Both the position numbers and the translations under genes were made by a program. Source: an uncultured Actinomycetes bacterium (GTDB lineage: Bacteria; Actinomycetota; Actinomycetes; Streptosporangiales; Streptosporangiaceae). Taken from it: a DNA stretch of 64,000 nucleotides. The notes under the pieces were generated by a model that was given only the letters and a program-made list of their open reading frames with translations, was not told the DNA's origin and made no database searches. Where the stretch lies: assembly GCA_963806145.1 (NCBI GenBank), contig CAWDXD010000050.1, positions 3,886 through 67,885 on the forward strand. Reading direction: 5' to 3'. The stretch's first letter is position 1, and the number at the start of each line of letters is the position of its first letter. Below are positions 34,889-44,276 of this stretch, piece by piece.

Positions 34889-35614
34889 ATGAGCGAGCTT
34901 TCCGGGCCCGCGGACCACAGCCTCATGCGGGTCTCCGACAGCGACCGCGATCAGGCTGCCGAGGTGCTCCGCGAGGCCGCCGGGCAGGGGCGGATCAGCC
35001 TCGACGAACTCGATGAGCGCCTCGAATCCGCCTACGCCGCCAAGACCTACGCCGACCTCGCGGCGCTCACCCACGACCTGCCGCAGTCCCGGCGGGTGCC
35101 GGTCCCGCCGGTCCAGGGAGCCACCCAGGCCAGCCGCATCGGCGGCACGCCCCGGTCGAAGTTCTCGGTGGCGATCATGAGCGGCTCGCGGCGGATGGGC
35201 CGCTGGGTGGTCCCCCGCACTTACGTCTCGGTGGCCGTGATGGGCGGGATCGAGCTTGACCTGCGCGAGGCCCAGTTCAGCGAGCCCGTGGTCACCCTGC
35301 ACGCCTACACGGTGATGGGCGGCATTCAGATCACCGTCCCCGAGGACGTCGAGGTGGACGTGTCCGGGATGGCCTTCATGGGCGGGTTCGACCACAACGC
35401 CAGCAGCCCCGGGGTGCCCGGCGCGCCCCAGGTGCGCGTCCTCGGGTTCGCCCTGATGGGCGGCGTCGAGGTCCGGCGCAAGCTGGTGAAGGCCAAGCGC
35501 GCGACGGTGGAGGGCGGCAGCCAGCGGGCCGTCGGCGGCGCCGGGCCGGGCGCCATCAGCGGCGGCAGCCAGGGACCCGGCGAGGACGCCGGTCCGGGCG
35601 CCGCCGACGGCTGA
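34889..35614 (+). CDS. DUF1707 (SHOCT-like) domain protein with LiaF-like C-terminal domain
   Basis: 'RVSDSDRDQAAEVLREAAGQGRISLDELDERLESAYAAKTYADLAALTHDL' is the DUF1707 signature. The C-terminal 'MGGIEL...MGGIQI...MGGVEV' beta-repeat resembles the LiaF C-terminus. Confidence 0.7.
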   Translation: MSELSGPADHSLMRVSDSDRDQAAEVLREAAGQGRISLDELDERLESAYAAKTYADLAALTHDLPQSRRVPVPPVQGATQASRIGGTPRSKFSVAIMSGSRRMGRWVVPRTYVSVAVMGGIELDLREAQFSEPVVTLHAYTVMGGIQITVPEDVEVDVSGMAFMGGFDHNASSPGVPGAPQVRVLGFALMGGVEVRRKLVKAKRATVEGGSQRAVGGAGPGAISGGSQGPGEDAGPGAADG

Positions 35615-35623
35615 GGTGCTCCC

Positions 35624-36469
35624 TCAGCCGTCCAGGCTCAGGACCATGGTGGGGCGCTCGATGACGTGGTCCTCGCGCAACGGCCGCACCGCGGTGCCGA
35701 TGGCGAAGAACTCGGTGGTGTGCGAGCCCCAGGTGTGGCTGTGCTGGCGGAGCTGCACCCCGACGATCCCCTCCGCGTGGTAGGCCTCCGCCTCGGCCTG
35801 CATCCGGCTCATCGCCAGCTCGCGCGCGTCGTACAGGGCCTGGGTGAACTGCTCGAGCTCGACGTTCTTGCCGATGTTGCCGAGCACGCCGCCCAGGCGC
35901 TGGTGCGCGATGTGGTACACGCAGGTGCCCATCACCATGCCAAGCGGCGCGTACCCGGCCCGGATCAGGGTCCAGAAGTCCTGGCCGGTCAGGTCCGAGG
36001 TGAACGGCTGGTTCTTGTTGTTGCGCCAGTTGCTGACCCCGCCGCCGGCGGCGCCCTCCTCGGCCTTGACCGCGGTACCCACCGCGATGAACTCGGCGAT
36101 GTCGGCACCGAACTCCTTCAGCTCCACATCGAGCCGGACCCCGACGATGCCGTCCGCGCCCAGCGCGTCCGCCTCGGCTTCCATCCGGCCCATGGCCAGC
36201 TCCCGCGCGTGGTACATGGCCTGGGACAGCACGTCCAGCTCCTGGTTCTTGCCCCACCGGCCGAACTGCAGTCCCACGTGGTAGATGGAGGTGCCCAGCA
36301 CCAGCCCGAGCGGACGGAACCCCGCCTCGCGGACCAGCAGGAACTCGTTGACCGACAGGTCGGAGGTGAAGATGGAACCGGGCTTGCCCGGTTTCAGCTC
36401 GGCCAGGCGTGCCAGCGCGTCATGCGGCACCCCGGCCGCGTTCAGCTCGGTGGATGTCTGGTCGGTCAT
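35624..36469 (-). CDS. Double YbjQ/UPF0145-domain protein (annotated 'heavy-metal-binding domain' in databases)
   Basis: Two internal repeats have the pattern 'FTSDLS..EF..L...G..P.G.V.G...Y' and 'DARELAMxRMxAEAxAxxAxGIVGV'. A GAGGAG ribosome-binding site precedes the ATG at 36469. Confidence 0.65.
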   Translation of the reverse strand: MTDQTSTELNAAGVPHDALARLAELKPGKPGSIFTSDLSVNEFLLVREAGFRPLGLVLGTSIYHVGLQFGRWGKNQELDVLSQAMYHARELAMGRMEAEADALGADGIVGVRLDVELKEFGADIAEFIAVGTAVKAEEGAAGGGVSNWRNNKNQPFTSDLTGQDFWTLIRAGYAPLGMVMGTCVYHIAHQRLGGVLGNIGKNVELEQFTQALYDARELAMSRMQAEAEAYHAEGIVGVQLRQHSHTWGSHTTEFFAIGTAVRPLREDHVIERPTMVLSLDG

Positions 36470-36504
36470 CGTTCTCCTCGGATCAGAAGGGTGGACCGTG
36501 CCCA

Positions 36505-37431
36505 TCAGGGGCCCAGCCGGACCCGGGCGGCCTGGCGGCGCTTCGGGTCGAGAGACATGATTGCCAGGCTGGGCCGCTCCGCGGACCGCGACCGGGCGTG
36601 GAAGCGGGCGATGGCGGTACCGATGAGGGTGGCCTCAACGATGTGGTCACGCCGGCCTTCGGCGGCCGGGCAGTCACGCTCCCGCACCCGGGTGGTCACC
36701 GTGGTCACGACCACCCCCTCGGCGCCCAGCCGGGCCACGTCCTGCTCCAGCTGCTCGCGTGCGTCGTGGCGGGTCTGGGTCACCACCTCGGTATAGCCCT
36801 GGACTTCGGTGTTCCCAGCCCCCCAGCGGGTCTGGGTGACGGTGAGCCAGTCGTCGTGGCGGGCCCCGACGGAGATGCCGAGCGCCAGGCCGGCCGGCAT
36901 CCAGCCGTCCGTGAACAGCTTGGCGAAGTCCTGGCCGGACAGATCGGAGGTGAACGGCCGCGCCAGCGGCGGGCCCGGGCCGCGCACGGCGGTGCCGAGC
37001 GCCTTGAACTCCAGGCCGCCGGCCGGGAAGGCGCCGATGCTCAGGGTCACGCCGACCACGCCGTGGCCGCCGAGCGCCATACATTCGGCCGTCATCCGGT
37101 CGATCGCGTCGCGCCGCGCCCGGTACAGCGTCGCCACCATGGGCCCGAACGAGGCGAAGTTGCCGTCACCGGACACCGTGGTGATTCCCACCGCGGGCAC
37201 CCCGTAGCGCCCGAACCCGGTCCAGGCCCCGGGGCAGGAGAACCCGCCGGTGTAGCCCACGTTGTAGACGGCCGCGCCGAGAACCTGGCCGACCGGCTCG
37301 AAACCGGTGCTGCGGATCGCCGCGAACTCGGCTGTCGACAGCGCCGAGCCCCAGGTACCGCTGTCCCGGATCTCGGCCAGCCGCGCCTTTGCAGCCGAGG
37401 GCAGGCCGATTTCGCTGCCACCGTCGGGCAC
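36505..37431 (-). CDS. Double YbjQ/UPF0145-domain protein, paralog of the downstream gene
   Basis: It has the same two-repeat architecture ('[23 protein letters not shown]', '[26 protein letters not shown]'). Confidence 0.65.
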   Translation of the reverse strand: MPDGGSEIGLPSAAKARLAEIRDSGTWGSALSTAEFAAIRSTGFEPVGQVLGAAVYNVGYTGGFSCPGAWTGFGRYGVPAVGITTVSGDGNFASFGPMVATLYRARRDAIDRMTAECMALGGHGVVGVTLSIGAFPAGGLEFKALGTAVRGPGPPLARPFTSDLSGQDFAKLFTDGWMPAGLALGISVGARHDDWLTVTQTRWGAGNTEVQGYTEVVTQTRHDAREQLEQDVARLGAEGVVVTTVTTRVRERDCPAAEGRRDHIVEATLIGTAIARFHARSRSAERPSLAIMSLDPKRRQAARVRLGP

Positions 37432-37504
37432 GCGCGCCTCCTTCGGTCAGTTCCGGCGCCGCCTTCACGATACCGGCCTGCGGGGGCGGGTTCAGTCGGC
37501 GTGC

Positions 37505-37678
37505 TCAGTCACCGTTTTTGGCGTCCCATTCCTCGTTGCGGCGGCGCACCGTCTCCAGTGCCCGGGCCGCCTCCTCCTCGGTCGGGTACGGCCCGAGCCG
37601 GTCCTTGGCCGGGCAGCCTTCTTCGGGTTCGACTGTGTGATGCCGGAGGCAATACCACCAGCGGTGTCCGGAGTCCAT
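37505..37678 (-). CDS. Small (57-aa) conserved actinobacterial-type protein, not in the ORF track
   Basis: My own translation gives '[57 protein letters not shown]'. Codon usage is GC3-rich. It is divergent from map. Confidence 0.5.
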   Translation of the reverse strand: MDSGHRWWYCLRHHTVEPEEGCPAKDRLGPYPTEEEAARALETVRRRNEEWDAKNGD

Positions 37679-37698
37679 GCCGATTAGACTCGCAGACC

Positions 37699-38547
37699 AT
37701 GGCGACCTTGCTCCAGCCCGGCCGGATTTCTCCCATGCGGCAGGTGCCCGCGCACATCCCCCGGCCGGAGTACGTGGGCCGCCTGCGCCCCAGGACCGGG
37801 GAGCCCGACGTCAAGGATGCGCAGACCATCGAGCGGATGCGGGCGGCGGGCAAGCTCGCCGCCCGCGCGCTGGCCGAGGTGGGCCGGCACATCATGCCCG
37901 GGGTGACCACGGACGAACTCGACCGGATCGGGCACGAGTTCCTGTGCGACCACGACGCGTACCCGAGCACGCTCGGCTACCGCGGCTTTCCCAAGTCGCT
38001 GTGCACCTCGCTCAACGAGGTGATCTGCCATGGCATCCCGGATGACACGGTGATCGCCGAGGGCGACATCGTCAACGTGGACATCACCGCGTTCCTGAAC
38101 GGCGTGCACGGGGACACCAACGCGACGTTCCTGGCCGGGGATGTGGATGAGGAGTCCCGGCTGCTGGTGGAGCGGACCCACGAGGCGATGATGCGGGGCA
38201 TCCGGGCGGTGGCCCCAGGCCGGCCGCTGAACGCGATCGGCCGGGTGATCGAGTCCTACGCCCGCCGGTTCCGTTACGGGGTGGTGCGCGACTTCACCGG
38301 GCACGGGATCGGGACCACATTCCACTCCGGCCTGATCGTGCCGCATTTCGATGACCCTGCGGTCAGCCTGGTCATGGAACCGGGGATGACCTTCACGATC
38401 GAGCCGATGCTCACCCTGGGCACCATCGAATACGACATCTGGGCGGACGGCTGGACGGTGGTGACCAAGGACGGCAAGCGGACCGCGCAGTTCGAGCACA
38501 CGATCCTGGTCACCGCGGACGGCCACGAGATCCTCACCCTCCCGTAG
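37699..38547 (+). CDS. map: Type I methionyl aminopeptidase
   Basis: '[12 protein letters not shown]', 'ICHGIPD', '[10 protein letters not shown]', 'FTGHGIG' and 'TIEPML'. The start is the ATG at 37699. The upstream 430 codons of ORF 36409..38547 are antisense noise. Confidence 0.92.
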   Translation: MATLLQPGRISPMRQVPAHIPRPEYVGRLRPRTGEPDVKDAQTIERMRAAGKLAARALAEVGRHIMPGVTTDELDRIGHEFLCDHDAYPSTLGYRGFPKSLCTSLNEVICHGIPDDTVIAEGDIVNVDITAFLNGVHGDTNATFLAGDVDEESRLLVERTHEAMMRGIRAVAPGRPLNAIGRVIESYARRFRYGVVRDFTGHGIGTTFHSGLIVPHFDDPAVSLVMEPGMTFTIEPMLTLGTIEYDIWADGWTVVTKDGKRTAQFEHTILVTADGHEILTLP

Positions 38548-38557
38548 CGGACCACCG

Positions 38558-39157
38558 ATGGGCGAGCTGATCGTGCTGCGGCACGGCGAGACCGAGTGGA
38601 GCCGCGAGATGCGCCACACCGGCCGCACCGACGTGCCGCTGACCCCCGCCGGTGAGGCGGCGGCCGCCGCGCTGGCGCCCGCCCTGGCGGCCCGGCCGGT
38701 GCGGGCCGCGTTCACCAGCCCGGCGCGGCGTGCCGTCGTGACCGCGGCCCTGGCCGGGCTGGCCGGCGCCAAGGAGGACCCGGACCTGCAGGAGTGGGAC
38801 TACGGCGGGTACGAGGGCCGGACCACCGCCGACATCCAGGCCGGGCGGCCCGGCTGGTACCTGTGGCGCGACGGGGTCATCCCCGGCGACGCCGGCCATC
38901 CCGGGGAAACCCTCGCCGAGGTGGGCGCGCGAGCTGACGCGGTGCTGGCCCGGGTGAGCCCGCTGCTGGCCGGCGGCGACGTCGCGCTCGTCGCCCACGG
39001 CCACCTGCTGCGCGTGCTGACCGCCCGCTGGCTGCGGCTGGAGCCCGGGGCCGGCCGCCTTTTCCAGCTCGGCACGGCGACCCTGAGCACACTGGGCACC
39101 GAGCACGGCGAGCCGGTGATCACCTCCTGGAACGTGCCGCCGGCTCCCCCTGGCTGA
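38558..39157 (+). CDS. Histidine phosphatase (phosphoglycerate-mutase-like) family protein
   Basis: 'LIVLRHGETEWS' (RHG motif) and 'VAHGHLLRVL'. Confidence 0.85.
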   Translation: MGELIVLRHGETEWSREMRHTGRTDVPLTPAGEAAAAALAPALAARPVRAAFTSPARRAVVTAALAGLAGAKEDPDLQEWDYGGYEGRTTADIQAGRPGWYLWRDGVIPGDAGHPGETLAEVGARADAVLARVSPLLAGGDVALVAHGHLLRVLTARWLRLEPGAGRLFQLGTATLSTLGTEHGEPVITSWNVPPAPPG

Positions 39158-39161
39158 CGTT

Positions 39162-39530
39162 TTACGGCCTGCGGGTTTCCTCCTCGATCCAGCTCAGAAA
39201 GCCCGCCGAGCCCGCGACTATGGGCGTGGCGACGATCTCCGGCTCGTCATAGCTGTGACTGCGGGCGATGAAGTCGGCCAGCGCCTGGTAGCCGGTGGCC
39301 GGCAGCTTGAGGGTGAGCAGCCACTCCTCGGCGCGCTCTACCGCGCCCTCCCACCAGTAGGTGCTGGCCACCGGGCCGCTCACCTGGGCGCACGCGGCCA
39401 GGCGGGCCTCCACCGCGCCGCGGGCGAGTTCCACGGCCTCGGCACGTGAGTCCGTGGTGGTCTGCAGCAGCAGGAAACGGCCGCTCACCTGGGACGGCCC
39501 AGATGCGGCCGGCGCGTCGTCAACCGACAT
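39162..39530 (-). CDS. cutA: Divalent-cation tolerance protein CutA
   Basis: 122 aa from the ATG at 39530. 'ARLAACAQVSGPVASTYWWEGAVERAEEWLLTLK' and 'SYDEPEIVATPI' are CutA1 signatures. Confidence 0.8.
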   Translation of the reverse strand: MSVDDAPAASGPSQVSGRFLLLQTTTDSRAEAVELARGAVEARLAACAQVSGPVASTYWWEGAVERAEEWLLTLKLPATGYQALADFIARSHSYDEPEIVATPIVAGSAGFLSWIEEETRRP

Positions 39531-39647
39531 GGCACCCGATGGTACGCCTACGGCGGCACCGCTCCGGGCACCGCGGACACGGCGGGCCGCTGGCGCGCCG
39601 GCCCGCGGAGCGGGATGATCGCGGATGCGGGCGAGGGAGGCACCAAC

Positions 39648-40580
39648 GTGACCGGCGATGCGTACTGCTTTGTGGTAAACCCGGCCGCCTGCCACGGCCG
39701 GGGCATCAGCCGCATGCCCGCGGTGCTGGGGCCGCTGTCGGCGGCCGGGGGCACCGTCCGCGTCGAGGAAAGCTCCAGCCTCGGCCACGCCGCCGCGCTG
39801 GCCGCCGATGCCGCGGACCGGGGCGAGATCGTCGTGGCGGTGGGCGGGGACGGCACGGTCGGCCGGATGGCCGGTGCCGTGGCCGCCGCCGGCGGAGTGC
39901 TCGGCATCATCCCGGCGGGCCGGGGCAACGATTTCGCCCGCATGCTCGGCATCCCCGCCGACCCGGCCCGGGCGGCCGCGTTCCTGCTGCGCGGCGGGCA
40001 CCGGGAGGTGGACCTGATCGGTGTCCGCGCGGGTGACGGGCCGGAGCAGGTGGTGGCGGGCAGCGTCTACCTGGGCATCCCGTCCGAGGGTGCGCGGATC
40101 GCCGCCGCCAGCCGCCTGCCACCGGGCGGCCTGGCCTACCAGATCGCCGGGCTGCGCGCCCTGCTGGCGTGGCAGCCGGCCAGCTTCACGGTGGGCACCG
40201 GCGGCCCGGCGCAGGACAGCTTCCCTGGGTTCTGCGTGGTAGTGGCCAACTCGGCCTACTTCGCCGGCGGCACGCCCGCCGCGCCGGACGCCGATGTTAC
40301 CGATGGCCTGCTGGATGTGATCACGGTCAGCGACGGCTCGAAGCTCTCCTTCGTGCGGGTGATGCTGCTGGCCGGCCGGGGCAGGCACACCCGGCTGGCC
40401 CAGGTCGGCGTCATGCGGGAAGCCAGCGTCACGGTGAGCGCGGATCGTGCCATGCTCGCCGGGGCCGACGGCGAGCCGCTGCCGTCCGCGTCCCCGCTGG
40501 CCACGGGCGTCCCGTTGCGGATCAGGGCGCTGCCGGGCGCGCTTCGGGTAGCCGGGCGGGAGGCCGGGTCCGGCCGTTAG
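39648..40580 (+). CDS. Diacylglycerol-kinase-family lipid kinase (YegS/BmrU-like)
   Basis: 'VVAVGGDGTVGRMAGA' and 'LGIIPAGRGNDFAR'. The GTG at 39648 follows a GAGGGAGG ribosome-binding site. The ORF could instead start at 39615. Confidence 0.8.
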   Translation: MTGDAYCFVVNPAACHGRGISRMPAVLGPLSAAGGTVRVEESSSLGHAAALAADAADRGEIVVAVGGDGTVGRMAGAVAAAGGVLGIIPAGRGNDFARMLGIPADPARAAAFLLRGGHREVDLIGVRAGDGPEQVVAGSVYLGIPSEGARIAAASRLPPGGLAYQIAGLRALLAWQPASFTVGTGGPAQDSFPGFCVVVANSAYFAGGTPAAPDADVTDGLLDVITVSDGSKLSFVRVMLLAGRGRHTRLAQVGVMREASVTVSADRAMLAGADGEPLPSASPLATGVPLRIRALPGALRVAGREAGSGR

Positions 40581-41389
40581 CCGTTGGCCGACCCGGCCGG
40601 GCGGCCGCGGCCGCCGAGGAACGACTCGATGAACTCCGGGCTGACCGACAACTCCGCCGGCGACCCTTCCATCCGCACCTCGCCGCCGCCAAGCACGTAG
40701 GTGTGGTCGGAGATGGCCAGCACGGCCTTGGCCCGCTGCTCCACGATGAGCACGGCCGCGCCGCTGGCGGCCAGGCCGCGCACGTGCTCTTGGAGCAGGG
40801 AGATGGCGATGGCTGGCGCGAGGTTCGCGGTCGGCTCGTCGAACAGGAACAGCCCGGGGTCGAGCATGAGCGCGCGGCCCATGGCGAGCATCTTCCGCTC
40901 GCCGCCGCTCAGCTTGCCGGCGCTGCGGCCGATCATCCCCGCCAGCCGGGGGAAGACCGTGAGCACCTTGTCGATCCGCCCGGCCACCTCGCCGCGCGGC
41001 AGCAGGTATCCGCCCATCTCCAGGTTCTCCCGCACGGTCAGCGGGCCGAACACGTCATCGACCTGCGGTACGTAGCCCACCGAGGACCGGGCAACCTCCT
41101 CGGGGGGCATGTTGGTCACCTGCTTGCCGCCGACGGTCACCGTGCCCGACGAGACCCGGACGATGCCGACCAGGCTCTTGAGCAGCGTGCTCTTGCCGGA
41201 TCCGTTCGGCCCGACCAGCGAGACCACCTGCCCGGGGTCGGCGCCGACGGTGATGCCGCGGATCACCGGGTCGCCGCCGTAGCCGGCCGTGATGCCCTCG
41301 GCGCGCAACGGCAGGCCGCGCAGCGTGACGTCAGTGCTTTCCGGAGCGCGCGCGTCGGGCAAGCCGCCGCGCGGCCGCTCAGCCGACAA
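40577..41389 (-). CDS. Branched-chain amino-acid-type ABC transporter, ATP-binding protein (LivF-like)
   Basis: Walker A 'GPNGSGKSTLL', signature 'LSGGERKML', Walker B 'LFLFDEP'. Confidence 0.85.
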   Translation of the reverse strand: MSAERPRGGLPDARAPESTDVTLRGLPLRAEGITAGYGGDPVIRGITVGADPGQVVSLVGPNGSGKSTLLKSLVGIVRVSSGTVTVGGKQVTNMPPEEVARSSVGYVPQVDDVFGPLTVRENLEMGGYLLPRGEVAGRIDKVLTVFPRLAGMIGRSAGKLSGGERKMLAMGRALMLDPGLFLFDEPTANLAPAIAISLLQEHVRGLAASGAAVLIVEQRAKAVLAISDHTYVLGGGEVRMEGSPAELSVSPEFIESFLGGRGRPAGSANG

Positions 41390-43331
41390 GGTAGGCCTCC
41401 ACGACCTCTTGCCGCCCGCGGAGTTGTGCCATGGTGCCCTCCGCGAGGACCGCGCCTTCGGCCATCACCACCACCGGGTCGCAGAACTCGTCCATGATGG
41501 CCAGTTCGTGCTCAACCATGAGGATCGTCATGCCCTCGGCGCACAGGGCCACGAGTTCGTTCCCGATCCGCCGCGCCAGGTTCGGGTGCACCCCGGCCAT
41601 CGGCTCGTCGAGCAGCAGCATCGCCGGCTCGGCCATCAGCGCCCGCATGATCTCCACCAGCCGCCGCTGCCCCCCGGACAGGTCTCCCGCGTAGTTGTTG
41701 GCGAAATCGCTCAGCCCGAACCGCTGCAGCAGCGCCGAAGCACGCGTCACGGCGGCATCCTCGTCCCGCCCCCAGTACCGCCGCCCCGCCATCGCCCCCA
41801 GGAACGAGTCCCCCCGGTTCCCCTGCACCGAGGACATCAGGTTCTCCATCACGGTCAGCCGCTTGAACTCACTAGCCAGCTGGAACGTCCTGACGAGCCC
41901 CATCCGCGCCCGGCGGAACGCCGCCACCGACGTCACATCGGCCCCGCGGTACAGCACACTCCCCGACGACACCGGCAACGTCCCCGCCAGCATCGCCAGC
42001 AATGTCGACTTCCCGGCCCCATTGGGCCCGATCAGCCCCGTCAACGTCCCCTTCCGCACCGAGAACGACACCTCGTGAACGGCATGCACCCCCCCGAATT
42101 CCCGCGAAAGCCCTACCGCCTCCAGCACGACTTCGGCCGGCGCCGAGGACCCAGCGATCCCCGAAACCCCTCTCGCTCTCTCCTCCCCCACGGCAGCCGA
42201 CTGAGGTGCTGGCCGGGGAGATGCACCGCTGGCGTCTTGTTGCTCGCCATCACTCTCGACCCGGCGCGTCTCAGGCCAGACCACCCGAGGCTTCGCCCAC
42301 GGCCGCCAGCCCGCGGTGCGTCCCCCGGCCGGCGCCCCCACGACCTGGATCACGCGCTTGCGCTCCGGCAGCACGCCCTGCGGCCTGAACCACAGGAACC
42401 CAATGATCAGAAGCCCGATGGCCACCCATTCCAGCGACGGAATCAGGTTCGGCGGCAGGTTATTGGACGTCGGTATGTACCTGGTGACCTCTTCGAATCC
42501 CACCGGTACCAGCACCGCCCCGAGAACCGCCCCGAGACGATTCCCCGCCCCGCCGATGATCACCGCCGCAAAGAGCACGACGGTCTCCGCATACCCCCAC
42601 TCAGCAGGCGACCACGTCGTGATGTAGGTGACCAGGATCCCCCCGGACAGCCCGGCGATCGCCCCGCCGGCCACCAGCATCGCGGTCCGCATCGACAGCA
42701 GGTTCTTGCCGAGCGAGTCGGCCACCACGTCGTTGTCCCGCATCGCCCGCAGCGACCGGCCGTACGGGGATTCGGTGAGCCGGCCGACGAACCAGAACAC
42801 GCACACGCCCAGGGCGACGGCGCCGACGGTGAAGCCCCACTCGTAGCCGAGGGACTGCACGCTGAACATGTTGTCCCCGCGCAGCGGCGTCGGGATGAGC
42901 GACAGGCCCGCGTCGCCGTTGAGGATCGGCCGGTAGTTGGTCACGAGCAGGTTCAGCAGCACGGCGGTGACCAGCAGGCCGACCGCGGCGAAGTCGCCGC
43001 GCAGCCGCCGGCCGAACAGGAACGCGAACGGCAGCGCCACCAGGCCGCCGACCACGGCGGCGCCGATCCACGGCAGCGGGAAGGGCAGGTTCCAGCCGCC
43101 GATGTAGGACTGGAAACCGCCGTTGGCGCTGTCGGCGGGCAGCGCCAGGATCGCGGCCGCGTACCCGCCGGCCGCCTGGAAGATGATGAAGCCGAAGTTG
43201 GTCACGCCCGCCACGCCGAACTGCTGGTTCAGGCCGAGGCAGGCCATGGCGTCCACCGCCGCGTAGACCAGCAGGTTGATGACGTAGAAGGCGTTCACGC
43301 GCGGCCTCGCTCCGGTGTCACGGCCGCTCAC
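41379..43331 (-). CDS. Fused LivM-like permease / LivG-like ATPase
   Basis: The N-terminal ~330 aa are polytopic. After a ~70-aa linker come 'GPNGAGKSTLL', 'LSGGQRRLVEI' and 'LLLDEPMAGV'. Confidence 0.85.
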   Translation of the reverse strand: MSGRDTGARPRVNAFYVINLLVYAAVDAMACLGLNQQFGVAGVTNFGFIIFQAAGGYAAAILALPADSANGGFQSYIGGWNLPFPLPWIGAAVVGGLVALPFAFLFGRRLRGDFAAVGLLVTAVLLNLLVTNYRPILNGDAGLSLIPTPLRGDNMFSVQSLGYEWGFTVGAVALGVCVFWFVGRLTESPYGRSLRAMRDNDVVADSLGKNLLSMRTAMLVAGGAIAGLSGGILVTYITTWSPAEWGYAETVVLFAAVIIGGAGNRLGAVLGAVLVPVGFEEVTRYIPTSNNLPPNLIPSLEWVAIGLLIIGFLWFRPQGVLPERKRVIQVVGAPAGGRTAGWRPWAKPRVVWPETRRVESDGEQQDASGASPRPAPQSAAVGEERARGVSGIAGSSAPAEVVLEAVGLSREFGGVHAVHEVSFSVRKGTLTGLIGPNGAGKSTLLAMLAGTLPVSSGSVLYRGADVTSVAAFRRARMGLVRTFQLASEFKRLTVMENLMSSVQGNRGDSFLGAMAGRRYWGRDEDAAVTRASALLQRFGLSDFANNYAGDLSGGQRRLVEIMRALMAEPAMLLLDEPMAGVHPNLARRIGNELVALCAEGMTILMVEHELAIMDEFCDPVVVMAEGAVLAEGTMAQLRGRQEVVEAYLVG

Positions 43332-44185
43332 CGAGCAGCCCGGTCGGGCGCACGCCGAGCATGATGAGCAGCGCCACGAACGCGATCACGTATTTGTAGT
43401 CGGCCGGGATGAAGACGGCGCTGACCTCGGTGGCCAGGCCGATGACCAGCGCGCCGAGCATGGCGCCGTAGGGCTGGCCCGGGCCGCCGAGGAACACCGC
43501 GGCCAGGATCAGGATCAGGAACACGTCGGTGGAGCTTGCGTCGAAGCTGCCCGCGTCGATCGCGAAGACCGTGCCGGCCAGCCCGCACAGCGCGCCGGTC
43601 AGCGCCCACGTCGCGGTGATGACCCGGCCGGTGCGGATGCCGCAGTTGCGGGCGAGGGTGCGGTTCGCGGCGGTGGCCCGCATCGCCTTGCCCAGCTTCG
43701 TGTAGCGCAGCAGGACGTGCACTCCGGCCATGGCCAGCACGGCCAGCGCCATGATCACGAGCTGGACCCCGGTCAGCGTCAGCCCGCCGGCGCTGAACGT
43801 CGGGCCGTTGCCCATGGTGTAGGAGACGGGGACGCCGCCGACCACCGCCTCCAGCCCGAACTCGATGATGAGGGTCATCCCCAGCGACACGATCACCATG
43901 GTGATCGGGCTGGCCCCGCGCCGCTGGAATGGCGTGTAGACGACGGAGTTGAGCAGCACCGACACCGCCGAGCACGCGGCCACGGCGACGAGCAGGCCGA
44001 GCCACACCGAGACGCCGTGGGAGTTCACCAGGTAGGCCAGGAACGCGCCGAGGATCATGACGGCGCCGAAGGCGAGGTTGAGCACGTCGGTGACGCCGAA
44101 CTGGAGGGTGAAGCCCTACCGAGGCGATGGCGAGCACCGACGCGGTCACCAGGCCGAATCCGACCGAGGCGATAAACAGGGTCAC
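43318..44185 (-). pseudogene. LivH-like ABC permease, with a frameshift near 44115
   Basis: The N-terminus 'MTLFIASVGFGLVTASVLAIASVG' is in the frame of ORF 43328..44185. The rest, 'FTLQFGVTDVLNLAFGAVMILG...', is in ORF 43318..44085. The join needs GG instead of GGG in GTAGGGCTTCACC. Confidence 0.75.
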
Positions 44186-44276
44186 CGTGCGTCCGCTCCC
44201 GGGGTGCGAGATGGTGCCCCGGCGGGCACTGGCCGGGGCGCCAGTGCCCGCACGGGACGTGCAGGGGTGCTGCGGA

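Noticed and set aside
36409-37698. The N-terminal 430 codons of ORF 36409..38547, upstream of the map coding region.
   Set aside because: This part is antisense to the YbjQ-domain gene and to the 57-aa ORF, and is low-complexity. Methionine-aminopeptidase homology begins only at the ATG at 37699.
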